In this document: positions 55,520 through 63,959 of the stretch, one piece after another | How the letters are laid out: every line of letters begins with the position of its first letter | Position numbering within the stretch: the first letter of the stretch is position 1 | Assembly (NCBI GenBank): GCA_964354815.1 | Contig: CAYHBG010000001.1 | Location: 10,803 to 74,802, forward strand | Source of the DNA: an uncultured Thermotogae bacterium | GTDB taxonomy: Bacteria > Bipolaricaulota > Bipolaricaulia > UBA7950 > UBA9294 | DNA length: 64,000 nt | Reading direction: 5' to 3' | Position numbers and translations under genes: made by a program | The notes under the pieces: model-generated | What the model was told of the DNA's origin: nothing | Database searches by the model: none | What the model saw: only the letters and a program-made list of their open reading frames with translations

Positions 55520-55552
55520 GGAAGCCCCCGCCCGAGTGGAAGGCTACGCCTC
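55520..55552 (-). terminator. hairpin gggcgggg-N12-ccccgccc downstream of the Thr-rich small gene
   Basis: 8-bp GC inverted repeat in the 64-nt gap between 55544 and 55479. Confidence 0.4.
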
Positions 55553-56035
55553 GTCGTAGCTGTAGTTGACGGTCTGCTGGGTCCAGTTGCCCGGTCCAGC
55601 AGTCGCGCCCACAGCGAGCTGCATCACGAGGTACTTGGTGTACGAGCCGGTCTGGGCGGCCGTGTACTGGGCGTTGTCCCAGACCGCCTTCGCGCCGGAC
55701 GTGTAGCTCGTCGCCACCGCGTTGGCGATGGTGGAGGTGGCCGTGGTGCCCTGCTGGTACGTCACATAGGCCCCGGTGAAGTTCAGCGTGGTGGACGTGT
55801 CCACGGTGCTGTTGAACCACACCTTGAAGCTCTGGACGTAGTTCGCGGGGGTCGCGGTGATCTTGAGCCGGATCCACTTCTCGTAGGAGTTGGTGCCGAC
55901 CGTGATCGGGTTGGCCTGGCGGTTCGCCAGGCTGTTGGTGCTGTTGTCGGCCGAGATCAGGTCCACGCCGGTCACGGAGTCCGTGACGGTGGGGCCTGCC
56001 CCGTAGGAGACAGCGACAACGAGGGTTGCGGCCAT
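55544..56035 (-). CDS. Thr/Ser-rich beta-type structural protein (163 aa), candidate decoration protein or glycosylation substrate
   Basis: ATG 56035 with AGGAG RBS; about 25% Thr+Ser; immediately downstream of portal and upstream of the glycan enzyme genes; followed by a terminator hairpin. Confidence 0.45.
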   Translation of the reverse strand: MAATLVVAVSYGAGPTVTDSVTGVDLISADNSTNSLANRQANPITVGTNSYEKWIRLKITATPANYVQSFKVWFNSTVDTSTTLNFTGAYVTYQQGTTATSTIANAVATSYTSGAKAVWDNAQYTAAQTGSYTKYLVMQLAVGATAGPGNWTQQTVNYSYDEA

Positions 56036-56084
56036 TCAGGTTGCTCCTGTGCTGAAGCCCTGCCTACGACGGCTCGGCTGGAGT

Positions 56085-57491
56085 CTAGGACCGCTCGATC
56101 AGGCCCTTGGCGATGTCGTCCCGGCGCTCCATGTACCCCCTCACGAGGGCCTCAAGCTCGGGCGACATGTCCTTGGTGCTGCTGGCGGGCTTCGACTGTC
56201 CAGCCGCCGGAGCGGGCGGAGGAGTGGCGACCTCCTTGGCGGAGAGAACGTCATCGACGGTCACGACGCCGAGGGGAGTGTTCGCCATGAGCTTGTTGTA
56301 CGGGTTGTTCTCGTCGTTGGGGTCCCCCAGCGGAGGCCGACCCTCGTCCATCCGGGCCTCGTTGACTGGCTTCCAAGGCATGCCTGCGAGCGCCAACTTG
56401 TTGATGTTGGCCTTGGACATGGACTCCTTGATGTTCAGCCGCGTGAACCTGAAGGCGAGGTTGTTGCGGTTCCCTCCGTAGGCGTCGTCCCAGACGATCT
56501 CCCGTGTGAAGTAGTCCTGCACGAGCGCCAGAAGTGGCCGGAGACCCTGGTCCTCGGTCATCTCGAGCTGACTCTCAGCGGTGGCCCGGTTGATGTCCAT
56601 CGTGATGCCCAGGTCCTGCGGTGAGATCAGGTAGACCGCGCAGATCTTGAGGACGAGGTACTTGAGCCACTCCTGGTACTGCATCTCTCGGTTGCTGCCA
56701 CGGAACGGGACGAACTTCGCCCCCTTCGTGCCACCGATGAAGGCCATCGCCCCCTTGCCGGCCACCTCGTACTGCCAGTACGACTTGAAGCCCTCGACCT
56801 GTTCCGGCCGAGCGCCCTCGCCCAGGTCAAGCATCCCGTCGGGGGCAGCGTTGGTGACCTGGCGGGTGTTGTACTGGGAGCCGGTCAGCTCCGCGTCCAC
56901 GGTCATCTTGAGGGTCTCGAGGGGAGACAGGCCGACGACCGAGTACGTCCTGGGGTTCGCCATGATGTAGACGATGTCCTCGTTCTTGAACGGGACCTCG
57001 TAGGTGGGGGTGGGGACCCAGAAGTAGCGTGGCTCGTCAGGATCACCGTCCCACAGGGAGTTGACCTTGATCTTGGCCCCGTCCACCGCGTGGAGGGCGG
57101 CCAGGCTGCCGCCGAGGGTGCGCTCCTTCTCGATGCTGCCGGCGTCGAGGACCAGGATGTCCTCCACGATGGGTTCGACCCAGGAACGGAAGGACTCCAC
57201 CGCCGGATTGGGGCGGATGAACAGGTCGCGGAGCTCCTCCTGCATCGCCTCGTTGAAGGGCTTCGCCTGGTCGAAGGGGACGATGTCCCACTCCGCCGAG
57301 GAGACCTGGGCCTTGCGGACGTTGATCGCGGCCCGGATCCACTCCGAGTGCTCGGCCCAGTTGCGGAACAGGGCACTCGAGCTCTTGCCGACCTTCCCCC
57401 GCTCCTGGAAGACCAGGTTGGCGCTCCCCGGCGGGAGGTTCTTGGGGCTGGTCTTGTAGGACCACGTCAGGAGGTTGGAGATCAGGCCCAT
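56085..57491 (-). CDS. portal protein
   Basis: 468 aa directly downstream of TerL (with a 71-aa gene between them); typical portal size and position; ATG 57491. Confidence 0.75.
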   Translation of the reverse strand: MGLISNLLTWSYKTSPKNLPPGSANLVFQERGKVGKSSSALFRNWAEHSEWIRAAINVRKAQVSSAEWDIVPFDQAKPFNEAMQEELRDLFIRPNPAVESFRSWVEPIVEDILVLDAGSIEKERTLGGSLAALHAVDGAKIKVNSLWDGDPDEPRYFWVPTPTYEVPFKNEDIVYIMANPRTYSVVGLSPLETLKMTVDAELTGSQYNTRQVTNAAPDGMLDLGEGARPEQVEGFKSYWQYEVAGKGAMAFIGGTKGAKFVPFRGSNREMQYQEWLKYLVLKICAVYLISPQDLGITMDINRATAESQLEMTEDQGLRPLLALVQDYFTREIVWDDAYGGNRNNLAFRFTRLNIKESMSKANINKLALAGMPWKPVNEARMDEGRPPLGDPNDENNPYNKLMANTPLGVVTVDDVLSAKEVATPPPAPAAGQSKPASSTKDMSPELEALVRGYMERRDDIAKGLIERS

Positions 57492-57706
57492 CAGCGGAGC
57501 TCCCGAAAGTGCGCCGCAAGAAGATGGTCTTGCTGGGCGTTGAGGAAGTTGGACTCCTGCTGCTTGTTCCCGGCCTCGATGGCCTCCTCGTAGGTGAGGC
57601 GGTGGGTGTCGATCCCGGCCAGGATCACGGCGAGGTATGCAGGGACCTGGCGCTTCCCGTCTCGGAACTCGTATTCGATCCAGGGCTGTCCCAGGTCTAG
57701 CATCAT
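57491..57706 (-). CDS. small hypothetical protein (71 aa) between terminase and portal
   Basis: ATG 57706; ATGA overlap with the portal start; ORF-track N-terminus is an over-extension. Confidence 0.35.
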   Translation of the reverse strand: MMLDLGQPWIEYEFRDGKRQVPAYLAVILAGIDTHRLTYEEAIEAGNKQQESNFLNAQQDHLLAAHFRELR

Positions 57707-57710
57707 CACC

Positions 57711-59213
57711 TCAAGCTGCTGCTCGGACGCTGCCGAAGAAGAACGTGTCGCCACCCATGTCCATCGAGTACCCGAGGGAGTCCACGAAGTCGTCGTGCCC
57801 CTTGTGGAAGGACAGCAGCTCGACCTCGAAGGCCGTGCCACGCAGGGAGGCGTGGTGGAGGACCTTGTGCCCCTCGTACTTGGCGGCGACGGCCCGACCA
57901 CGGGTGACCTTGTCGCCATCCGCCGGCTTCCCCTCGATGGGGATGCGGGGGTAGTCCTCCATGACCTCCTGGATCAGGGTGGACTGGAACTGGACCTTCT
58001 CGACGAGAACCAGGCTGATGCTGGGGTAGGCCATCCAGCCGTCGTAGACGAACTCGGCATGATGACTCTCGCGCTTGTCGCGGTAGGCGGAGAGGACGTA
58101 GAACATGCCCCGCAGCATGCAGCCGCTCTGGCACACGTCCTCGGCGGTCGTCACGCGGGCGGTGAAGTCGGCCCTTTCCTTGGTCGAGCTCGCCAGGTCC
58201 ACGCCCATGCGGATCGTGTACTGGTGCCCCTCGGGAAGGGTCGTGAAGTGCTCGAACGGGCCGTGGAAGATGTTGCCCTCGAGCAGGCCCGAGATGTCGT
58301 TCTGGTAGGAGCACGAGAAGAGGGCCGACCCCATCTCCTCCTTCTCCTTGAGCAGCCGGTCCACCGACCAGTACTCCGGCCAGTAGCTGTGAAGCTGCCC
58401 CCGCTCGTCTTCGGTCAGAGCGGACACGACGTGGCTCTTCCACCCGAAGCCCCCGTCGTAGGTGGGCTTCATGAACTGCTCGTAGAGGTCTTCCTCGCCC
58501 CACCTGGTGCCGATCACGACGACCACGCCGTCGGGGGCCAGGCAGGGCTTGAGGGTCTTCTTGAACCAGACCTCGACATCCTCACGCTGGTCCACGCTCT
58601 GCGTGTTCTCCTCGTCGAGGATGTCGTCCATGAGGATGAGGTCGAACCGCTTGCTGATGATCGCGCCGCCGACCCCGACGGCGAACAGCGTCACGTCCTT
58701 GCTGCCCAGCCACCTCGAGCCGGCGCAGAGCCACTCCTTGTCGGTCCACTTGGCGGCCGACGGCTTCGACTCCGGGAAGACGAGCCTGTGGGCGCTGTTC
58801 TGCTCGACGGTGTACTTGATCGCCCGGCTGAAGTCCTTGGCCTGGGTGTCGGTGTTGGACACCATCCCGATGCGGATGTCGGGGTACTTGCCGACCAGCC
58901 AGGAGCACAGGATCGTGTTGTCCCAGGTGGTCTTGGCCCCGCCCCGGGGAAGGAGGTAGACCTCGTGCTCTCGGTAGAGGATCGACTCGAGCGTCTCCGC
59001 GACCATGTCGCGGTGATGCTGGGCGGGGATGTAGCCGAAGACGAGCTCGCCGTAGGCGAAGACGGCGTCCGGGCCGTCAGTTCTCGCCAGTTCGACTAAG
59101 GCGAGGGATCGGAGATCGTTCAGCGTTCGAGGGGGCAAGCCCTCGAGTTGCTTCAACAATGCCTCGAAGAAGGTCGGTTCCGACTGCTCCAGAGGCAGAT
59201 AGGCTGACACCAA
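57711..59213 (-). CDS. terminase large subunit
   Basis: Walker A variant LLPRGGAKTT, Walker B-like DLILMDD, C-terminal RNaseH-like nuclease region (GVDLASS...D); 500 aa. Confidence 0.8.
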   Translation of the reverse strand: MVSAYLPLEQSEPTFFEALLKQLEGLPPRTLNDLRSLALVELARTDGPDAVFAYGELVFGYIPAQHHRDMVAETLESILYREHEVYLLPRGGAKTTWDNTILCSWLVGKYPDIRIGMVSNTDTQAKDFSRAIKYTVEQNSAHRLVFPESKPSAAKWTDKEWLCAGSRWLGSKDVTLFAVGVGGAIISKRFDLILMDDILDEENTQSVDQREDVEVWFKKTLKPCLAPDGVVVVIGTRWGEEDLYEQFMKPTYDGGFGWKSHVVSALTEDERGQLHSYWPEYWSVDRLLKEKEEMGSALFSCSYQNDISGLLEGNIFHGPFEHFTTLPEGHQYTIRMGVDLASSTKERADFTARVTTAEDVCQSGCMLRGMFYVLSAYRDKRESHHAEFVYDGWMAYPSISLVLVEKVQFQSTLIQEVMEDYPRIPIEGKPADGDKVTRGRAVAAKYEGHKVLHHASLRGTAFEVELLSFHKGHDDFVDSLGYSMDMGGDTFFFGSVRAAA

Positions 59214-59646
59214 GGGAACGCTCCTCCGTGATGTTCGACGGGTGGCCGAACAGGACGTTCAGGCGGTCGATGAGGATGGCGATGTCCTGGGGCCGCACGA
59301 CGACAACGGTCTCCTCGACCCAGTCGTTGTTCCGCATCACCATCCGGGTGGCCTTCATGTCGGCCCGCATCTTCGTGATCGCCTCGTCGATGGCCTCGAT
59401 GGCGTTGTCGCGGACGCGCATCTCCTGGGCCCGTCGCATCCCCTCGGCGTCGGCCATGTAGACCACGGCCTTCTCGGACGCCCCACGGCGATATTCGTCA
59501 CGCTTCCGCACCCACTCCCGGGCCTTGCTCTGGGCCACGACGACGGAGTGGTTGGAGATGCCGTGGGAGCGGGCGAGCTCCCGCAGCCCCATGTCCCCGG
59601 TGACGTATTCGCGCTCAAGGAGGGCGTAGTCGTGCTTCGTGTTCAC
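59077..59646 (-). CDS. terminase small subunit (HTH N-terminus), 3' end overlapping terL
   Basis: GTG 59646 in GTGA overlap with the upstream gene; MGLRELARSHGISNHSV helix-turn-helix; position immediately upstream of TerL; about 136-nt overlap with the annotated TerL start. Confidence 0.5.
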   Translation of the reverse strand: MNTKHDYALLEREYVTGDMGLRELARSHGISNHSVVVAQSKAREWVRKRDEYRRGASEKAVVYMADAEGMRRAQEMRVRDNAIEAIDEAITKMRADMKATRMVMRNNDWVEETVVVVRPQDIAILIDRLNVLFGHPSNITEERSLGVSLSASGAVGTDLLRGIVEATRGLAPSNAERSPIPRLSRTGEN

Positions 59647-59969
59647 CTGATGTCCCTTGTCACCCCGTGCCGGAAGTCGGGCTCCCACCAGACCTCGACG
59701 CGGGTGATCTTGGGGTGGTTGATCAGCAGCCGTTCCATGACCCAGGAGGCGATGCCCTGCCCTGTCTGGGAGCCCCCGATGAGCATGTCCCCCAAGCTGT
59801 GGAGGTGGAGCTCGGCGCAGATGTTCGCCAGGTTCGACTGGAGCTTCGTGGTGACCTCGGTCTGCTCCGTCACCTCCACCTCGAAGTGGTGGCCGTGAAG
59901 GTGCAGGCTCTCGAGGGGGTCGTTATGGGTCGCGTCGAAGCTGTCTCTCGCGAGGACGTATCGACTCAC
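59643..59969 (-). CDS. QueD/6-pyruvoyl-tetrahydropterin synthase (PTPS)-fold enzyme
   Basis: SFDATHNDP and ESLHLHGHHFEVEVT align with E. coli QueD FTFEAAHRLP and CGRLHGHSFMVRLE; His triad present, the conserved Cys is replaced (E/S). Confidence 0.55.
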   Translation of the reverse strand: MSRYVLARDSFDATHNDPLESLHLHGHHFEVEVTEQTEVTTKLQSNLANICAELHLHSLGDMLIGGSQTGQGIASWVMERLLINHPKITRVEVWWEPDFRHGVTRDIR

Positions 59970-60143
59970 GAATGGGATCCTCCGGCATGAAAAGAGGACG
60001 GGCCGGCCACAGCAATGACCGACCCGTCCATTCGGGGCTACCGGCGCTCGACCATCCTGGAGGTCAACCGGGAGAGGGGGAGCGCCAGACGAAGACCCTA
60101 TGCAGTTGTACCACGAAGCCTACAGCGCGGGGAAGATGCTGCG

Positions 60144-60395
60144 CTAGCCCTCCTGGTTGGCTTCTGGTGCGTTCAGGTCGTACCAGCGGTCTGTTTCGAC
60201 CCTGTAACGGTAGTCCACGGTGAAGTCGGTGACCTTGATCTCCGCGATCTCGCCGTTCTCGAGGACCACGATCCCGTAGAGCTCGTCGTCCTGGGTGTTC
60301 TCCATCCCGATCAACAGCCCGTTCCTGCCGTCGATCCAGGAGGCCTTGATGGAGACCCTCGGGGGATCCCCGAACAGGGAGATGGGTGCGCTCAC
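60144..60395 (-). CDS. hypothetical protein (83 aa)
   Basis: Complete ORF, mixed composition (MSAPISLFGDPPRVSIKASWIDGRNGLLIGMENTQDDELYGIVVLENGEIAEIKV). Confidence 0.45.
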   Translation of the reverse strand: MSAPISLFGDPPRVSIKASWIDGRNGLLIGMENTQDDELYGIVVLENGEIAEIKVTDFTVDYRYRVETDRWYDLNAPEANQEG

Positions 60396-60538
60396 AGCCT
60401 GCCCTCGATGGTGAAGGTTCCACGGTCAACCAGGTAGACCGGCCTCGAGTCCGACCGGGTGGTCACCTCGGTGAAGGAGCGGTCGAAGCTGATCTTGATG
60501 TCGTCGGTCTCGATGGTCAGGACACTCCCGTCAGGCAT
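60392..60538 (-). CDS. small hypothetical protein (48 aa); N-terminal extension in ORF track rejected
   Basis: Only the C-terminal MPDGSVLTIETDDIKISFDRSFTEVTTRSDSRPVYLVDRGTFTIEGRL part has protein-like composition. Confidence 0.2.
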   Translation of the reverse strand: MPDGSVLTIETDDIKISFDRSFTEVTTRSDSRPVYLVDRGTFTIEGRL

Positions 60539-60788
60539 CGAGATCACGATCTGCGCCTTCGGACCGCCGGGCTTCAGCTCGAGCTCTCGCGGCGGCGTAG
60601 GACGCGCTGATGGCAGCGACCACCTGGGGGTCGGGGACAGGTTCGTGGGGCTGGTCGTAGACCCCGGCCGGAACATATCCCGAAGCTCGGAGATCTCGTG
60701 CGTCGTGATACCACGTTCCCCGGAAGTCCCGGATGACCCTGAGGCCGCAGTCCTCGACCTGGCAGATGCTCTCGCCATGAAAGCTCAC
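60531..60788 (-). CDS. hypothetical protein (85 aa)
   Basis: Codon-position GC check over 60600-60670 supports this frame (3rd position ~88% GC, 2nd ~48%); GTG 60788 in GTGA overlap with the upstream Zn-finger gene. Confidence 0.3.
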   Translation of the reverse strand: MSFHGESICQVEDCGLRVIRDFRGTWYHDARDLRASGYVPAGVYDQPHEPVPDPQVVAAISASYAAARARAEARRSEGADRDLDA

Positions 60789-61048
60789 CGGATCCCGGAG
60801 CACTTGGCGCACAGGGACGGGCACGCGATCAGGTCCCCCAGGCCGACGTAGAAGCAGATCCTCCGCTGGCCGCAGGCGGCGCACTTCTGGCGGGCCGTGC
60901 GGTGGAGCTTGATCGTGATCGAGATCGCCATCGGGCTGTCCGGTCCGGCGGCGAAGCTGGTGTCGATTGCCGACGCGAACATGCCCAACTGGTCGGGGTG
61001 GTGCGGTACCGGGGCTCGCAGAGGTGAAACGGTAGCTCCAGGTGCCAT
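60785..61048 (-). CDS. zinc-finger protein (87 aa)
   Basis: QKCAACGQRRICFYVGLGDLIACPSLCAKCSGIR (CxxC ... CxxxC). Confidence 0.4.
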   Translation of the reverse strand: MAPGATVSPLRAPVPHHPDQLGMFASAIDTSFAAGPDSPMAISITIKLHRTARQKCAACGQRRICFYVGLGDLIACPSLCAKCSGIR

Positions 61049-61050
61049 GT

Positions 61051-61539
61051 TCAGTCCCTCAGGATGGCTGGTGTGCCGGGGCCGGCGTAGAGGCCCACGG
61101 TGTTGAACTCGAGGTACTCCCGGGCGTCTTCGTCGGACATCACGTCGCCGTCCGTCAGGATGGCGACCATCTTCTCGTAGCTGTAGACGAGGAAGTAGCG
61201 ATGACCGCCCTCCTCGAACCTCTCGGCCACGCCCACGAAGGCGTCCTCCATGCCGTCGAACAGGACGAGCTCCTCCTCGTCGAGCCCAGGAAACTCCGCG
61301 ATCCGCTCCAGGATGTCGTCGCGGATCATCTTCTTCTTCGCGCCCCTGGTCACCGTCTTGCTCAGGATGTACGCCCGAACGTCCTTGCCGTCGTATCGAC
61401 GGTCCCCGCGAGACCCCACGCGGAAGTAGGGGAGCTCCTCGGGCGGGATCCGCTTCACGGTGTTGCCGTGGATGCCGAGGAGGGCAGCGACATCGTCAAC
61501 ATTGAGGACGTAGTCGCCCCTGGCCTGCCCGTTGCTCAC
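61051..61539 (-). CDS. DNA-binding protein with N-terminal excisionase/MerR-type HTH
   Basis: YVLNVDDVAALLGIHGNTVKRIPPEELPYFRVGSRGDRRYDGKDVRAYI matches the Xis/MerR-family HTH pattern; 162 aa. Confidence 0.5.
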   Translation of the reverse strand: MSNGQARGDYVLNVDDVAALLGIHGNTVKRIPPEELPYFRVGSRGDRRYDGKDVRAYILSKTVTRGAKKKMIRDDILERIAEFPGLDEEELVLFDGMEDAFVGVAERFEEGGHRYFLVYSYEKMVAILTDGDVMSDEDAREYLEFNTVGLYAGPGTPAILRD

Positions 61540-62381
61540 AGGAGATCCCCCTGCCCGCGGACCAGGTACATCGCGAAGGACACCGCGTGGGCCCAGGTGT
61601 TGCCCGAGTGGCCGGGATCGATCCAGGGGAAGAGGGACTCGAGGAGCTTGTACTGGTAGTTGTTGGGGGCACCGTTGATCGCGTCGATGGCGAGCAAGCG
61701 GTTCTCGGGGGTGTCCACCCAGTCGGTGATGCCGACGCCCTTGGGCTGGTCCCAGGATCTGATCGTGACGTCACCCAGCTTGATCTTGTTGGCCTTGAGC
61801 AGAATGCCCGTCGCGGGGTCCATCGCGGCCTTGTACAGCCTGCCGGCCTCGGAACAGGCCGCCATCTCGTAGGCCTCCTCCTTCCAGCGGAAGTCGGGGT
61901 CCTCGGCCCGGAACCTGTCGATCCGGCGCTTGAGGGCCGGCGGCAGCGCGTCGTACTCGGCGTCGAGCTCGGTGACGTGGTCCACGAAGTCCTGGCGCTG
62001 CTTCTTCTGGTGGTCCGCGATCCAGGCGGCGTGTTCCACGTCCATCTCGCGCTTGGTCTTGTAGTAGACGTGGACGGGCTCTGTGTAGCGCCCATGCATG
62101 TCCGGTGCCAGCAGATCCACGCCGTGGTTCTGGTTGCCGTTGCTCCAGACGCGGATGAGCATGCCCTTCTTCGGACGGGGCGAGATCGGCCAGGGCATCC
62201 TGGTTGTCCAGCCGCCGAAGGTGTTCTTGCCGGCGACGGAGTCACGGGAAACGGTGACGGTCGCGGACTCGCCGTCGTCACCCTCCACCTCTGCGATGAG
62301 GAAGTCGCCCCAGTTGCTGTCGGCCTCACGCTCGGCGGCGCGTTCCTTGGGGTCCGCGAGGATGATCGGGTCTCGCATCAT
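61536..62381 (-). CDS. hypothetical protein (about 281 aa)
   Basis: ATG ~62381 (MMRDPIILADPKERAAER...); the ORF-track N-terminal 57 aa are low complexity. Confidence 0.45.
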   Translation of the reverse strand: MMRDPIILADPKERAAEREADSNWGDFLIAEVEGDDGESATVTVSRDSVAGKNTFGGWTTRMPWPISPRPKKGMLIRVWSNGNQNHGVDLLAPDMHGRYTEPVHVYYKTKREMDVEHAAWIADHQKKQRQDFVDHVTELDAEYDALPPALKRRIDRFRAEDPDFRWKEEAYEMAACSEAGRLYKAAMDPATGILLKANKIKLGDVTIRSWDQPKGVGITDWVDTPENRLLAIDAINGAPNNYQYKLLESLFPWIDPGHSGNTWAHAVSFAMYLVRGQGDLL

Positions 62382-62635
62382 CGGTCTCCATCCAGGGTGC
62401 GGGCCTCGAGGTGGGAGTCCACCGGCTGGCCGAAGTAGATGCCCAGGGCCTCGAGCTGCTCGAGGGTCTCGCCATCGCGCTCCGGGGAGCGAAGCAATGG
62501 CATCTCCCGCGCCACCCACGGCCGAGGCCAGGGGCTGATGTGGGAGAGCCACTCCTCCAGGTGGATGCCTTGCCAGGGACCGCCGACGGTCACGCCGGTA
62601 CCCACGAGATCTCCTTCACGCGGCGCTCCAGCCAC
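62378..62635 (-). CDS. hypothetical protein (85 aa)
   Basis: Complete ORF overlapping neighbours by 4 nt. Confidence 0.35.
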   Translation of the reverse strand: MAGAPREGDLVGTGVTVGGPWQGIHLEEWLSHISPWPRPWVAREMPLLRSPERDGETLEQLEALGIYFGQPVDSHLEARTLDGDR

Positions 62636-62805
62636 GCCATGTCCGTCTCCGGCCTTGGCATGGCCTCGACGGCCTTGGGGGCCTCCCAGCCACCGTAGGC
62701 CGGGTAGTAGGTCGGGCTGGTGTAGATGACGTTGCTGACCGTGGACGTGCTGGAGTTGGACCAGTTGGTGTTGTAGGTCAGGACGGTGTCGTAGATTGCC
62801 ATCAC
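62590..62805 (-). CDS. hypothetical protein (71 aa) with C-terminal DMAWLERRVKEI motif
   Basis: Shares its C-terminal motif with the adjacent upstream gene (EMAWLKRRVDEI). Confidence 0.35.
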   Translation of the reverse strand: MMAIYDTVLTYNTNWSNSSTSTVSNVIYTSPTYYPAYGGWEAPKAVEAMPRPETDMAWLERRVKEISWVPA

Positions 62806-63257
62806 CTCAACCTCCAGAGACAGATCTCATCGACGCGGCGCTTCAGCCACGCCATCTCGGACTCGCCCACGTTGCGGACGGAGTTAGGGGAGGGCTTGTC
62901 CACGAGGCGGGTGACCGCCTCCGGGCGGCCATCAGCGCCGACCCGGAAGACGGTCTCGACGTTGCTGCTGTCGCTGATCGTCCCGTCGGGCATCAGCCAG
63001 CTCCGATCCTTGTCCCCGAAGGTGGCGACCTCAAGGGGCCGGCGGCCGGCCTCGAGTTGACCGGAGATCTGGCCCCAGAGGTCCTTGTCGGACATCCCCT
63101 TGAGGTTGAGGTTCTGGCGGTCTGCCATCTCCTGCGCGTGCTCCCATCCCCGCTGTGCAAGCGTCTTGCCGACCCGGTTGCCCATCACGATCAACGTGTC
63201 GGGCATCCAGGGCGTCGTGTACACCGGCAACCCGTAGAGAAACGGGTCTCCAGGCAT
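62802..63257 (-). CDS. hypothetical protein (151 aa), paralogous C-terminus to the adjacent gene
   Basis: C-terminal VGESEMAWLKRRVDEICLWRL. Confidence 0.4.
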   Translation of the reverse strand: MPGDPFLYGLPVYTTPWMPDTLIVMGNRVGKTLAQRGWEHAQEMADRQNLNLKGMSDKDLWGQISGQLEAGRRPLEVATFGDKDRSWLMPDGTISDSSNVETVFRVGADGRPEAVTRLVDKPSPNSVRNVGESEMAWLKRRVDEICLWRLR

Positions 63258-63763
63258 CAGACCGTCTTCTTGGTCGTCTCGTTGATCTGGCGGTCCACGG
63301 TGACGGTGGGCAGGCGGTCGAGGATCTGGCCCATGAGGTCCTTGAGGTAGCCGACCTCCTGGGAGAACCGCTCCTCGCGGAACTTCATCTCCTTGACGAA
63401 GGCGATGCGCTCGGTCTCGAGGTTCTCACGCTGGACCTCGAGGATGGCCTCCTTGCGGGCGTGCTCGATGCCCTTCTTGGACTGCTCGGCCTCGAACTCC
63501 TGCCGCTTCCGCTCCAGGCCGACCATGTGGGTCGTCTCGCGGATCTTGCGGTCGTTGTCCTCGACAATCTTGCCCTTGTCGATCTCCAGGCGGCTGATCT
63601 GCTCCTGGAGGCTCTTGATGCGCTTGACGGCGTCACGCTCGGTGGTGACGGCCGCCCGCTCGGCCTTCAGGTCCGCGATCTGGTCCTTGAGGGCCGCGAT
63701 TGTGGTCTCGAGCTCCGCTGTCGCGGTGTCCAGTTGCTTCGTCTGCTTGTCGAACAGTCCCAC
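63257..63763 (-). CDS. coiled-coil protein (168 aa)
   Basis: Heptad-rich Glu/Lys/Arg/Leu sequence throughout (LETTIAALKDQIADLKAERAAV...). Confidence 0.45.
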   Translation of the reverse strand: MGLFDKQTKQLDTATAELETTIAALKDQIADLKAERAAVTTERDAVKRIKSLQEQISRLEIDKGKIVEDNDRKIRETTHMVGLERKRQEFEAEQSKKGIEHARKEAILEVQRENLETERIAFVKEMKFREERFSQEVGYLKDLMGQILDRLPTVTVDRQINETTKKTV

Positions 63764-63833
63764 GGGGTCCTCCCTGATGGTTGGCGAATATCGCCAGCAT
63801 GATGGACCGCACCAGACGGTCCGTCAAGGGCCT

Positions 63834-63959
63834 CTACTTCTTCTTGGTGCCCAACTTTCTCTCGAAGAACTCCCTGTCCTGCTTGGGGAGGCCGGCGAAG
63901 GGGTTGTCGGACGTGCTGCGGGGTCGGAGGGGGTCCGAGGGGGTCCTGGGGTTGGTCAT
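63834..63959 (-). CDS. small basic protein (41 aa)
   Basis: Reverse translation MTNPRTPSDPLRPRSTSDNPFAGLPKQDREFFERKLGTKKK; below the ORF-track cutoff. Confidence 0.2.
   Translation of the reverse strand: MTNPRTPSDPLRPRSTSDNPFAGLPKQDREFFERKLGTKKK

Noticed and set aside
60392-60778. 128-aa ORF as annotated in the ORF track
   Set aside because: The N-terminal 80 aa are Ser/Thr/Pro/Arg low complexity from the wrong frame. A codon-position GC check supports the overlapping 60531..60788 frame instead, so only the last ~48 codons are retained.
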